From contig CAWCFX010000004.1 in assembly GCA_963795085.1 (NCBI GenBank), positions 352,001-416,000 on the forward strand: a DNA stretch of 64,000 nucleotides, given 5' to 3'. This DNA comes from an uncultured Gemmatimonadales bacterium (GTDB taxonomy: Bacteria; Gemmatimonadota; Gemmatimonadetes; Gemmatimonadales; GWC2-71-9). This document shows positions 41,026 through 50,493 of the stretch, piece after piece. Position numbers and translations under genes: made by a program. The notes below the pieces were generated by a model. That model worked only from the letters and a program-made list of their open reading frames with translations, was not told the origin of the DNA and did no database searches. Every line of letters starts with the position of its first letter. The stretch's first letter is position 1.

Positions 41026-42071
41026 TCCTGGATGTACTCGAGTACCGCCATCTCGTCGCGGCGGAGGGCGCCGGAGGGGCGTTCCCGTTTCTGGTCAGGG
41101 GGCTGGGGGGCCACGGGCAGGGTGGAGCCCCGCAGGTACGAGGTTAGCACCACCGGGTGGATGTAATATTTTCGGCACACGGCGCGGGTGTTGCCCAGCC
41201 GCTGGGCCACCCGGTCAATCGCCGCGACCACGTTGGCTTTGGCTTCTTTCTCCGTGCGGCCCGGCCCCAGGGAACGCAGCTCGTAGGCGGCCAGCATGGT
41301 GCCGGACCAGGTGCGGAAGTCCTTGGCGGTGATCTCCCGGCCGCCGCTGGCCCGCCGGAGATACTCGTTGATGTCGCCGGCGTCGATGGTTTGCCGCTTG
41401 CCCTTTTCGTCCAGGTACTGGAACAGCTCCTGACCGGGCAGCTCCTGGCAGTGCTGCACGATCCGGGCGATTCGGCGGTCGGTGACGGCCACCGAGTGCA
41501 GCAGTCCGCTCTTGCCCCGGAAATCAAAACGGAGGGTGTGCCCGCTCACTTCCACGTGCCGGCGCCGCATGGTGGTGAGGCCATAGCTCTTGTTCTCCCG
41601 GGCGTACTCGTCGTTCCCCACCCGGATCAGGGTCTTCTCCAGGAGCCGCACTACGCTGGCGAGCACCTTGTCGCGGGGGAGGCCGGGGAGGGCCAGGTCC
41701 CGCTCTACCCGGTCCCGGAGCGTCGGCAGCAGCTCGCTGAACTCCAGCATGCGGCCGAACTTGGTCTGATCGCGGATGTCCCGGTAACGGGGATGGTAGC
41801 GGTACTGCTTTCGGCCCCGGGCGTCGCGCGCAGTCACCTGGATATGGCCCTCGGCGGAGGGACAGATCCAGACATCGGTCCAGGCCGGCGGGATTACCAG
41901 CGACCTGATCCGGGCCAGGGTGGCTTCGTCGCTGAGGGGAGCGCCGCCGGGACCGGTGTAGCTGAAACTCCGCCCTCGCCGCCGCCGCCGGATGCCGGGC
42001 AGGCTGTCGCTGACGTAGCGCAGCCCCGCCGCCTCCGCCGACGCCTCGTGCTCCCGGTTGTCTCGTGGCAT
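40998..42071 (-). CDS. DNA topoisomerase IB (paralog 1)
   Basis: IPPAWTDVWIC, GRKQYRYH, IRVGN, FRGKSG, KDFRTW, LGNTRAVCRKYY (catalytic Tyr). Confidence 0.93.
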   Translation of the reverse strand: MPRDNREHEASAEAAGLRYVSDSLPGIRRRRRGRSFSYTGPGGAPLSDEATLARIRSLVIPPAWTDVWICPSAEGHIQVTARDARGRKQYRYHPRYRDIRDQTKFGRMLEFSELLPTLRDRVERDLALPGLPRDKVLASVVRLLEKTLIRVGNDEYARENKSYGLTTMRRRHVEVSGHTLRFDFRGKSGLLHSVAVTDRRIARIVQHCQELPGQELFQYLDEKGKRQTIDAGDINEYLRRASGGREITAKDFRTWSGTMLAAYELRSLGPGRTEKEAKANVVAAIDRVAQRLGNTRAVCRKYYIHPVVLTSYLRGSTLPVAPQPPDQKRERPSGALRRDEMAVLEYIQERSEKGGER

Positions 42072-42084
42072 AGAGTCGCCGGTC

Positions 42085-43284
42085 TCAGGCGATGTGGCGC
42101 ATCAGCTCGGCGTTCGACTCGGTCCGCTTCATGACCCGCAGCAGTTGGGACATGGCCTCCGTCGCGCTCTCGCCGGAAAACCGCTTGCGGAGGGCGCGGG
42201 ACACCTCCAGCGCCTCGGGGGAGAGCAACAGCTCTTCTTTCCGGGTCCCGCTGGCGTTGAGGTCAATTGCCGGGTACACGCGCCGCTCGGCCAGTTCCCT
42301 GCTCAAGGTGAGTTCGCTGTTGCCGGTGCCCTTGAACTCCTCGAAGATCACCTGGTCCATCTTGGAGCCGGTGTCGATGAGCGAGGTGCCGATGATGGTC
42401 AGCGACCCGGTCCCCTGGGAGGGATCGATGGCGCGGGCGCTGCCGAGGAACCGCTTGGGTTTTTCGAGCGAAGTGGCGTCGAGACCGCCGCTCAGGGTGC
42501 GTCCGGTGCCCCGTTCGGTGGTGTTGTAGGCCCGGGCCAGCCGGGTGATGGAATCGAGAATGAGCACCACGTCCTCGCCCTGCTCCACCCGCCGCCGGGC
42601 CCGTTCCAGGGTGATCTCCGCGATCGCGACGTGCCGCTCGGGGGCATGGTCGAAGCTGGACGCGATGACCTCTCCGTAGCCGCACGATTCCATCTCGGTC
42701 ACTTCTTCCGGCCGCTCGTCCACCAGCAGGATGAACAGGGCAGCGCCGGGGTAGTTCCGGGCCACCCCTTCCGCGATGGCCTGCAGGACCATCGTCTTGC
42801 CGGCCTTGGCCGGTGCCACGATCAGGGCCCGCTGACCCTTCCCGAAGGGACAGAGCAGGTCGATCACCCGGTTGGTGTAATCGCGCTGTCCCCGCCGGGT
42901 CAGGCCGGCGTCCAGCATCAGCTGCTGGTTGGGGTGGATGGCGCTCAACCGGCTGAAATCAGGCCGGTTCATCACTTCCTCGGGCGGGCGGGCGTTGACG
43001 GTCACCACCGAGGCGAGCTCGGGGCCGCGGGACCCGCCCCCACCACCTCCGCCGTTGCCGCGCGACCGTCCGCCCCGGTCGCGGCGGCCCCGCTCCTGCC
43101 GCGGCTGGGATTGCGAGGACCCCACCTCGCCGGTGATCTCGTCGCCGGTCCGCAGACGGTACTGCTGGATCAGCCGGTTGGGAACGTGAATGTCCCCGGC
43201 CGCGGGAAGAAACGCCTCGGACCGGCGGCGGATGAATCCCGCCCCGCGATCGGTGAGTTCCAGGATACCAAGGATGTCAGACAA
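42085..43284 (-). CDS. rho: Transcription termination factor Rho, N-terminally short
   Basis: GILE..GFIR, GKGQRALIVAPAKAGKT, DERPEEVT, DSITRLARAYN, IFEEFKGTGN, SGTRKEELL. Confidence 0.9.
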   Translation of the reverse strand: MSDILGILELTDRGAGFIRRRSEAFLPAAGDIHVPNRLIQQYRLRTGDEITGEVGSSQSQPRQERGRRDRGGRSRGNGGGGGGGSRGPELASVVTVNARPPEEVMNRPDFSRLSAIHPNQQLMLDAGLTRRGQRDYTNRVIDLLCPFGKGQRALIVAPAKAGKTMVLQAIAEGVARNYPGAALFILLVDERPEEVTEMESCGYGEVIASSFDHAPERHVAIAEITLERARRRVEQGEDVVLILDSITRLARAYNTTERGTGRTLSGGLDATSLEKPKRFLGSARAIDPSQGTGSLTIIGTSLIDTGSKMDQVIFEEFKGTGNSELTLSRELAERRVYPAIDLNASGTRKEELLLSPEALEVSRALRKRFSGESATEAMSQLLRVMKRTESNAELMRHIA

Positions 43285-43397
43285 CAGGTTTCTGCCTCTC
43301 GGAAAAGGGCGGGCGCGGTGGAGCCCGGTTATGTTCGGTAGTTCGCCTGCAGAGCCGTTCCGGCTCCTCCTACATCACGACAGACTGCGGGGTTTCG

Positions 43398-44957
43398 ATG
43401 TTATCACGCTACGTATTCATGGCGCTGGCCCTGCTCCTGCCAACCGGCCTGGGGGCCCAGTCATTTCCTGCGGCGGATGCCACGATCCAGCGCATCTGGG
43501 CGGCCGGCATGGACAGTTCCCATGCCTATTCGCTGGCGCAGGCGCTGATGGACTCCATCGGTCCCCGGCTCACGGGATCACCCGGGATCCGGTCCGGCAA
43601 CGAGTGGCTGGTGGCGCGGTACCGGGAGTGGGGAATTCCCGCGCGCAACGAGCAATATGGGACGTGGCGGGGCTGGCGACGAGGTGTCACCCACGTGGAC
43701 CTCGTGCAGCCGAGGTTGCGTACCCTCGAAGCGACCCTGCTGGCCTGGAGCCCGGGGACCCGGGGAAAGGTGCAGGGGCCCGTGGTGATTTTGCCCGAAG
43801 CCGCCGACTCCGGCGCCTTCCAGGCCTGGCTGCCCCAGGTGAAAGATAAGTTCGTGCTGGTCTCTTTCGCCCAGCCGACCTGCCGGCCCGACTCCAGCTA
43901 CAGGCAGTACGCCACTCCGGAGAGCTTCGACCGCATGGTCCGGGAGCGCACCGCGGCGCGCGAAGCCTGGACCGCCCGGGTCGGCCGCACCGGTCACAGC
44001 ACCCGCACCCTGCCGGCCCGCCTGGAGGAAGCCGGCGCCCGGGGCGTCATTACCTCGACCTGGTCCTCGGGCTGGGGCGTCAACAAGGTATTCTCCGCCA
44101 ATACCACCCGGATCCCCACCCTCGACGTGAGTTGCGAGGACTATGGCCTGCTCTTCCGGCTGGCCGAGCACGGGCAGGGCCCGGTACTCGCGGTCGAGGC
44201 CGGCGCCGAGTTCCAGGGCGAGACCCCGGTGTTCAATACCATCGCGGAAATCCGCGGCCGGGACAAGCCCGGCGAGTATGTCGTGCTCTCCGCCCACTTT
44301 GATTCCTGGGACGCTGCCTCCGGCGCCACCGACAACGGCACCGGCACCGTCACCATGCTGGAAGCGATGCGGATCCTGAAACAGGTCTATCCCAATCCGC
44401 GGCGGACCATCCTGGTCGGGCACTGGAGCGGGGAAGAACAGGGGCTCAACGGTTCCCGCGCGTTCGCCGCCGATCATCCCGAGATCGTGGGCGGCGTCCA
44501 GGCCGTCTTCAACCAGGACAACGGCACCGGCCGGATCAGCAACATCAGCATGGCGGGCATGCTGGATGCCGGGGCGTTCTTCGGCCGCTGGCTGAGCCGG
44601 GTGCCACCGGAGATCAGCCGGCACATCACCCTCGGCTTTCCCGGCAGCCCGGCGGGGGGCGGCAGCGACCACGCCGCCTTCGCCTGCTACGGCGCCCCCG
44701 CGTTCGGGCTCGGCTCCAACAGCTGGGAGTACGGTACCTACACCTGGCACACCAACCGCGACACCTTCGACAAGATCGCCTTCGACGAGATCCGGAACAA
44801 CGCCACGCTGGTCGCGATGCTGGCCTATCTCGCGGCCGAGGAGCCGGAGACCATCGGGCGCACCCGCCGGGTCATGGGGGCCGACCGGCAGGGGCGGCCG
44901 GCCGTGTGGCCGGAATGCCAGGCGCCGGCCCGCACCGCGGCGGAAAGCACCCGGTAG
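43398..44957 (+). CDS. Secreted M28 family metallopeptidase
   Basis: Signal peptide; AHFDSW, GATDNGTG, GEEQG, SDH, WHT. Confidence 0.9.
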   Translation: MLSRYVFMALALLLPTGLGAQSFPAADATIQRIWAAGMDSSHAYSLAQALMDSIGPRLTGSPGIRSGNEWLVARYREWGIPARNEQYGTWRGWRRGVTHVDLVQPRLRTLEATLLAWSPGTRGKVQGPVVILPEAADSGAFQAWLPQVKDKFVLVSFAQPTCRPDSSYRQYATPESFDRMVRERTAAREAWTARVGRTGHSTRTLPARLEEAGARGVITSTWSSGWGVNKVFSANTTRIPTLDVSCEDYGLLFRLAEHGQGPVLAVEAGAEFQGETPVFNTIAEIRGRDKPGEYVVLSAHFDSWDAASGATDNGTGTVTMLEAMRILKQVYPNPRRTILVGHWSGEEQGLNGSRAFAADHPEIVGGVQAVFNQDNGTGRISNISMAGMLDAGAFFGRWLSRVPPEISRHITLGFPGSPAGGGSDHAAFACYGAPAFGLGSNSWEYGTYTWHTNRDTFDKIAFDEIRNNATLVAMLAYLAAEEPETIGRTRRVMGADRQGRPAVWPECQAPARTAAESTR

Positions 44958-44976
44958 CGGTGACGTTTCCGGTCGG

Positions 44977-45978
44977 TCAGTCCTGCACCTGGTCCATGGT
45001 GCACTGGTGGGGCGCCTTGTCGGGCCGGAACCGGAGCAGCCGGGTGCCGTGCCGGAACCGGCCGCCGGTGAAGTGATCATACTGCACCTCCACCACCAGC
45101 TTCGGGTCCAGTGGTTCCCATTCGCCGGTGCGCTCGGTGCTCCACCGGCTGGGGCCGCCCGGGGCCCGGCCGGTGAAGCCGGGCGGCTTCCGGAGGCGTT
45201 CCAGCTCCGGGGTGAGCTTCTTTCGCTCCGCCGCGCTCAGCGCCGACGTAAAACCGACATGGTGGAGCAGGCCACCGCCATCGTAGAGCCCCAGTAACAG
45301 GGATCCGGCGGTTCCCCCGCTCGATGCATAGCGAAACCCGCCGACCACGCAGTCCGCCGTCCGCAGGCGCTTGATCTTGACCATGCCGGTCCGTTTGCCG
45401 CTCTGATAAGCCAGCCCCGCCCGCTTGGCCATCACGCCGTCCCGGTTGCCGCCCGCCTCCTTGAGCCAGCGTTTCGCCTCCGCGGCGCTCCCGCTGTGCG
45501 GGGAAAGCCGAAAGGCCTCCTGGTCCTCGAGGTGGGCCTGGAAGAATCGCTCCAGCCGTTCTCTTCGCTTCGCCAGGGATGCCTCGACCATGGATTTCGC
45601 CGCCGATTCGGCCAGGATATCAAACACGATCAGGCGCGCGGGGTGTTCCTTCGCCAGCATCTCCACCCGGCTCTTCGCCGGATGGATGCGGAGCAGGAGG
45701 TCGTCGAACGAGAATCGGCGGCCCACCGGGATGACGATCTCGCCGTCGAGAATGAAGGCCGGGGCGCTCACCGCTGCCACGGCTTTGACCACATCGGGGA
45801 AATAGCGCCCCAGCGGTTTCCCCGCCTTGCTCTGGAGGTACACCTCCGCTCCGTCTTTGAACACCAGGCAGCGGAACCCGTCCCACTTGGGTTCGTAGAT
45901 CCAGTCCTCGCCCTGTGGCAGGTCGGCCACCGTGGCGGCCTCCATGAGGGGGAACGGCGGGGAGAGCGGCAGCCTCAC
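44977..45978 (-). CDS. ligC: ATP-dependent DNA ligase, LigC type
   Basis: YEPKWDGFR, DGEIV, VFDIL, DGVMAK, MVKIK, TADCVVGGFR, PGGPSRWS, GRFRHGT; GTG overlaps upstream TGA. Confidence 0.85.
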   Translation of the reverse strand: MRLPLSPPFPLMEAATVADLPQGEDWIYEPKWDGFRCLVFKDGAEVYLQSKAGKPLGRYFPDVVKAVAAVSAPAFILDGEIVIPVGRRFSFDDLLLRIHPAKSRVEMLAKEHPARLIVFDILAESAAKSMVEASLAKRRERLERFFQAHLEDQEAFRLSPHSGSAAEAKRWLKEAGGNRDGVMAKRAGLAYQSGKRTGMVKIKRLRTADCVVGGFRYASSGGTAGSLLLGLYDGGGLLHHVGFTSALSAAERKKLTPELERLRKPPGFTGRAPGGPSRWSTERTGEWEPLDPKLVVEVQYDHFTGGRFRHGTRLLRFRPDKAPHQCTMDQVQD

Positions 45979-46982
45979 AGCACCTTCTCCAGGTTGAAGC
46001 GGCCCCGGGCGGCCAGGAGCGGCTTCCAGAGGTCCCCCAGTGTCTTCACCCGGGCGGGGACGTTGTCCATCCGGAAGTCTTCCAGCTGGATGCCGGCTTC
46101 GATCTCCTCCCAGGTCACCGGCGTGGAGACGGTGGCCTCGGCCCGCGGACGGGCGGAATAGACCGACGCGAGCGTACGTCCCCACGCATTCTGGTTGTAA
46201 TCCACCAGCACCATGTTCTTCGGCCGGTCCTTGAGGGCATAGACGGCGGTGATCAGCTTCGGGTGCCGGGCGGCCAGCGTGTGACCCAGCGCCTTGGCGA
46301 AGGTCCAGACTTCCTTCTGCGTGGGCCCCCGCACGATGGGAACGTACACGTGGATACCCCGGGAGCCGGTGGTCTTGGCGTAGTGGGGCATCGTGAGGGT
46401 GGACAGGGCCTCGTGGACGATGGTTGCGGTCTCGAGCACCTGGTCGAAGGTGGCCCTGGGGCCCGGGTCGAGGTCAAAATGCAGGTAGTCGGGCCGGTCC
46501 ACATCATCGCAGGTGGCATACCACTGGTTGAGGTCGATACAACCCAGGTTGATCACCCAGAGCAGTGCCAGCAGGTCCTGGATGACCGGGAAGTCGATCA
46601 CGTTGCCGCTGGAGTGGTCGATTCGGCAGGTCTCGATCCACTCGGGGCGCGGCTCCGGGGCCCGTTTCATGAAGAAAAACTTCCCATGTATGCCGTTGGG
46701 ATAGCGCTTCATGACCATGGCGCGGTCCCGCAGGTGGGGCAGCAGTGCCGGGGCGATATCGGCGTAGTACTGGAGCAGGTCCCGCTTGGTGAGTCCCAGC
46801 TCCGGAAAGAAGACTTTGGAAAGATTGGTCAGCCGGACCGACCGGCTGCCCAGCTTGATCTCGACTTCCTTTTCCTTCGGCGGGATCTGGACCGCAGGGA
46901 CCGCGGCGCGCCGGGGCAGCCCGCGGGACCTGGTATGCTCGCTGGGGTGCACGTCCCCCTTGGGTGATCGTGCCGGGGTCAT
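45975..46982 (-). CDS. Stand-alone LigD-type primase-polymerase (Prim-PolC-like)
   Basis: KRYPNG, FFMKR, HFDLDP, TTGSRGIHVY, VDYNQN, YSARP, VSTPVTWEE. Confidence 0.9.
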   Translation of the reverse strand: MTPARSPKGDVHPSEHTRSRGLPRRAAVPAVQIPPKEKEVEIKLGSRSVRLTNLSKVFFPELGLTKRDLLQYYADIAPALLPHLRDRAMVMKRYPNGIHGKFFFMKRAPEPRPEWIETCRIDHSSGNVIDFPVIQDLLALLWVINLGCIDLNQWYATCDDVDRPDYLHFDLDPGPRATFDQVLETATIVHEALSTLTMPHYAKTTGSRGIHVYVPIVRGPTQKEVWTFAKALGHTLAARHPKLITAVYALKDRPKNMVLVDYNQNAWGRTLASVYSARPRAEATVSTPVTWEEIEAGIQLEDFRMDNVPARVKTLGDLWKPLLAARGRFNLEKVL

Positions 46983-47569
46983 CGGTTCCTCGCGAGCCGG
47001 GGGGGCCGGGGGCCGTGCCGTACAGCGCCCTGCACCGGGATGTAGTCCAGTTCCTGCCCCTCCCGCGCCCGCCGAAGCATCAGCCCGCCGCGGCTCATGT
47101 CGCCCCGCCCGACGAAGTCGCGGGGAAAAAGCAGCCGGTCTCCGAGCAGCTCCACCAGGACGTCCACATACTTCCCAGTCGCAACACTTCCCAGCAGGAC
47201 GACGGGGCCGGGCTCGGCGGCCACCCGGGCGGCATCCCGTTCGAACGGCAGCTGGAACCGGTCGTCACTCGACGCGATGTCCACCGTGGCGAACTCCTCC
47301 AGGTCGCTCCGGGTGACGAGGTACGCGGGGTCCACCAGCCCGCGGGCGGGGGTGATGACCAGCGTGCCGGCGGGTCCGGGAGCAGTAAAGGCGGACGCGT
47401 AGGCCATCTTCCCCCGGAAGTAGAGGCCGCTGACAAAACTGAAGACCTCGCCCACGGGGGCGCCTCTCGGCTCCCTGATGCGCCGGGCGAGAGGAAAGGC
47501 GGCCCGCTCACTGAGGAGCAGCCGGGCCCGTTTGCCACCACAGAAGGCGGGGGATAGAAGAAAGCGCAC
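46979..47569 (-). CDS. Conserved hypothetical protein in DNA-repair operon (possibly YaaA/DUF328-like)
   Basis: Stop overlaps the Prim-Pol ATG; FLLSPA, SGLYFRGK, VLLGSVATGKY, GRGDMSRGGL. Confidence 0.75.
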   Translation of the reverse strand: MRFLLSPAFCGGKRARLLLSERAAFPLARRIREPRGAPVGEVFSFVSGLYFRGKMAYASAFTAPGPAGTLVITPARGLVDPAYLVTRSDLEEFATVDIASSDDRFQLPFERDAARVAAEPGPVVLLGSVATGKYVDVLVELLGDRLLFPRDFVGRGDMSRGGLMLRRAREGQELDYIPVQGAVRHGPRPPRLARNR

Positions 47570-47576
47570 CGCGCCG

Positions 47577-48662
47577 TCAGGCGGCCAGCGGCAGCCGGGC
47601 CCGGAGAATAGCCAGCACGGCGGCCTCCTCCTTCTCCAGCCCGCGGGCCCGGGCCCGTTTCAGTTCCCGCTCGTATCGCGCCAGGAGGGTCCCCCTGGTA
47701 TAGGTCTCGAAGAGCGCCGGGTGCACGTAATATTTGCGGCACACGGCCCGGGTATTGTTGAGTTGCAGGGACACCCGGTCAATGGCCTGGAGGAACCGGC
47801 TCCTGGCCTCTTTCTCGTTCCGGGCCGGCCCCAGCGCCCGGAGGGCGCCGGCCGCGAGGATGGTCCCGCTCCAGGTCCGGAAATCCTTGGCGCTGAAATC
47901 GCCGCCGGCGATTTCCCGGATGTACTCGTTGACATCTTCCGAGCTGATGACCTGGCGGGTCCCATCGTCCTCATGATACTGGAAAAGTTCCTGGCCCGGA
48001 ATAGCCTGGCAGCGGGCCACGATGCGGGCCAGCCGCCGGTCGCTCACGTCGCAGGCGTGCATCTTCCCGCTCTTGCCCCGGAACTCGAAGCGGATTCGCG
48101 AGCCGGTGATTTCGACGTGCTGATCCTTGAGGGTGGTCAACCCGAACGACTTGTTGCTGCGGGCGTACTCTTCGTTGCCGACCCGGATGCAGGTCCACTC
48201 CAGCAGCCGCACCATGGTGGCGAGCACTTTTTGGCGCGGCAGCCCGGGGAGCGACAGGTCCCGGTCAATCGCCGACCGGATCCGCGGCAGCACTTCCGCG
48301 AAGGCCAGCAGCCGGCTGAACTTGGTCTCGTCCCGGACCTCCCGCCACCGGGGGTGGTAGCGGTACTGCTTTCTGCCCCGGGCGTCCCGGCCGGTGGCCT
48401 GGATGTGGCCCCGGGGATCGGGGCAGATCCAGACGTCCGTATAGGCCGGTGGAATGGCCAGTTTGCGGATGCGCTGGAGCTGGGCCAGATCCCGCACCGG
48501 CCGCCCCTCCGGCGTGGCATAGGAGAACGTCCTGCCGCGCCTTCTGCGGCGGATCCCCGGCGCCGTATCGCTGACATAACGCAGCCCGGCCTCCGCGGCC
48601 GATGCCGCCGGCTCCGCCTGGAGGGAGGGGGGTGACTTCCTGCTGCGGGGTCGGGCTGCCAT
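47577..48662 (-). CDS. DNA topoisomerase IB (paralog 2)
   Basis: IPPAYTDVWIC, GRKQYRYH, FRGKSG, KDFRTW, LNNTRAVCRKYY; GAGAGGG SD before ATG 48662. Confidence 0.93.
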   Translation of the reverse strand: MAARPRSRKSPPSLQAEPAASAAEAGLRYVSDTAPGIRRRRRGRTFSYATPEGRPVRDLAQLQRIRKLAIPPAYTDVWICPDPRGHIQATGRDARGRKQYRYHPRWREVRDETKFSRLLAFAEVLPRIRSAIDRDLSLPGLPRQKVLATMVRLLEWTCIRVGNEEYARSNKSFGLTTLKDQHVEITGSRIRFEFRGKSGKMHACDVSDRRLARIVARCQAIPGQELFQYHEDDGTRQVISSEDVNEYIREIAGGDFSAKDFRTWSGTILAAGALRALGPARNEKEARSRFLQAIDRVSLQLNNTRAVCRKYYVHPALFETYTRGTLLARYERELKRARARGLEKEEAAVLAILRARLPLAA

Positions 48663-48794
48663 GTTCCCTCTCATCTGGATACCGGTTTGTCGGGATACCG
48701 GGGCACGAGGATAGCGCCCCCGGGGCGGCGGGACCCGTGAGGGCCGTCACCGATACCCGATACCAACACGCACCGACCTTCTCTCCCTGATCCC

Positions 48795-50384
48795 ATGGCC
48801 GATACCCGGCGTCTCGACGCCCGACTCTCCACCCCGTCCGGTGTCGTTGTTTCGGACGGCCATCACACGCTCCCCGATGACCTGCTCCGGCAGGCGTCCC
48901 GCCGGCTGGGTATCGTGTCCCTGGTGGGCATGGCCCTGTGGATCAGCAACATCGTCGCCTTCCGGCTGGCTTTCCCCTATTTCGGCTTCACCCCTGTTTA
49001 CGGGCAGACCGTCGGCGGGATCTCCCTGGAGGTCGTGGGGGGTACCGTGGTGCTGGTTTCGCTGTCGCTTTACTGGTATTCCCGGCGGCCCGCGAGCGAT
49101 CCCGCCTTGCTGCTCAACATCGGGCTGGCCTACCAGGTCCTGAGTGCGGCGGGGATCGCCTACCTGAACCACTGGGTTTTCCTGGCGCCTAACGATGAGC
49201 ACGGCGTCTCCTGGGTGGCGGTCATCATCCTCATCTTCCCGGCCCTGCTGCCGACCGTCCCCCGCTATACCGCGGTCGCCGCCTTTGCCTGCGCGTTCAC
49301 GGACCCGCTCACCTGGCTGGCGGCGGAGGCGGCCCAGGGCACGCCGGTGGTGGGCGGTACCGTCGTGCGATCAATGCTGCTGCACCTCGCCAACTTCCTG
49401 TGTGCCGGGGTCGCCATCGTCATCTCCCGGGTCATTACCGGCCTGGGCCAGCAGGTCAGCAGGGCGCGCGAGATGGGCAGCTACGAACTGGGGGAGCAGC
49501 TGGGCGGCGGCGGAATGGGAGAGGTGTGGCGGGCCCGGCACCGGCTGCTGGCCCGGCCGGCCGCCATCAAGCTGATCCGCGCGGAGCGGCTGGGCTGTGG
49601 TGATCCGCAAACGGCGCGGGTGGTCCAGGAGCGATTCAAACGGGAGGCCCGTGCCGCCGCCTCGCTCCGGTCGCCGCATACAATTGATCTCTTCGATTTC
49701 GGGGTCGCCAGCGACGGCACCTTTTACTATGTCATGGAATTACTGGCGGGGTTCGACCTCGACCAGATGGTGAAACGGTACGGCCCGGTGGACCCGGGCC
49801 GGGTCGTGCACATCCTGCGGCAAGCCTGCGATTCCCTGGGCGAGGCCCACCAGCGCGGGCTGGTCCACCGGGACATCAAACCCGCCAACCTCTACCTCTG
49901 CCGGATGGGGCTGCAGCACGATTTCGTAAAAGTCCTCGATTTCGGACTGGTGAAATCGGAAGAACAGAGCGCCGACCAGAGCATGCTGACCGCGCCGGAA
50001 GTCACCACCGGCACGCCCGCCTTCATGGCGCCGGAAGTCGCCCTGAGCGAAGGGGTGGACGGCCGGACCGACATCTATGCCCTCGGCTGTGTCGCCTACT
50101 GGCTGCTGAGCGGGCGGCTGGTGTTCGAGGCTGATACGCCGATCCAGATGGTGGCGCACCACCTTCGCACCACTCCGGTCCCCCCCTCACAGCGCAGCGA
50201 GCTGGAGATCCCCGCCTCCCTCGACCGGGTCGTCCTCCAATGCCTGGCCAAGGCGCCGGCCGACCGCCCGGCCAATGCCAGGGACCTCGCCCGGACGCTG
50301 GCCAACCTCGACGGATTTCAGCCCTGGGACGAAGAACGGGCCGCCCGCTGGTGGGCCGCCCACGCCCCCGAGATCGAAGCCTAG
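48795..50384 (+). CDS. Membrane-anchored Ser/Thr protein kinase (N-terminal multi-TM)
   Basis: Several TM helices, then GGGGMGEV, AAIKLI, HRDIKPAN, DFG, GTPAFMAPE. Confidence 0.92.
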   Translation: MADTRRLDARLSTPSGVVVSDGHHTLPDDLLRQASRRLGIVSLVGMALWISNIVAFRLAFPYFGFTPVYGQTVGGISLEVVGGTVVLVSLSLYWYSRRPASDPALLLNIGLAYQVLSAAGIAYLNHWVFLAPNDEHGVSWVAVIILIFPALLPTVPRYTAVAAFACAFTDPLTWLAAEAAQGTPVVGGTVVRSMLLHLANFLCAGVAIVISRVITGLGQQVSRAREMGSYELGEQLGGGGMGEVWRARHRLLARPAAIKLIRAERLGCGDPQTARVVQERFKREARAAASLRSPHTIDLFDFGVASDGTFYYVMELLAGFDLDQMVKRYGPVDPGRVVHILRQACDSLGEAHQRGLVHRDIKPANLYLCRMGLQHDFVKVLDFGLVKSEEQSADQSMLTAPEVTTGTPAFMAPEVALSEGVDGRTDIYALGCVAYWLLSGRLVFEADTPIQMVAHHLRTTPVPPSQRSELEIPASLDRVVLQCLAKAPADRPANARDLARTLANLDGFQPWDEERAARWWAAHAPEIEA

Positions 50385-50493
50385 GCCCGGGTCGTCCCGC
50401 CCTGAGCCTATCCCGGTCCGGGACTGGCTCGCTTTCCAACATTCGTCTCCCTGACCGTATCTATTGCCGTGAGTTCCAACCGGATGCGCCGGA

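Noticed and set aside
40998..48662. Two TopIB genes as tyrosine recombinases bounding a mobile element
   Set aside because: Motifs are TopIB-specific; the copies are diverged at DNA level; the enclosed genes (rho, peptidase) look chromosomal; no att repeats seen
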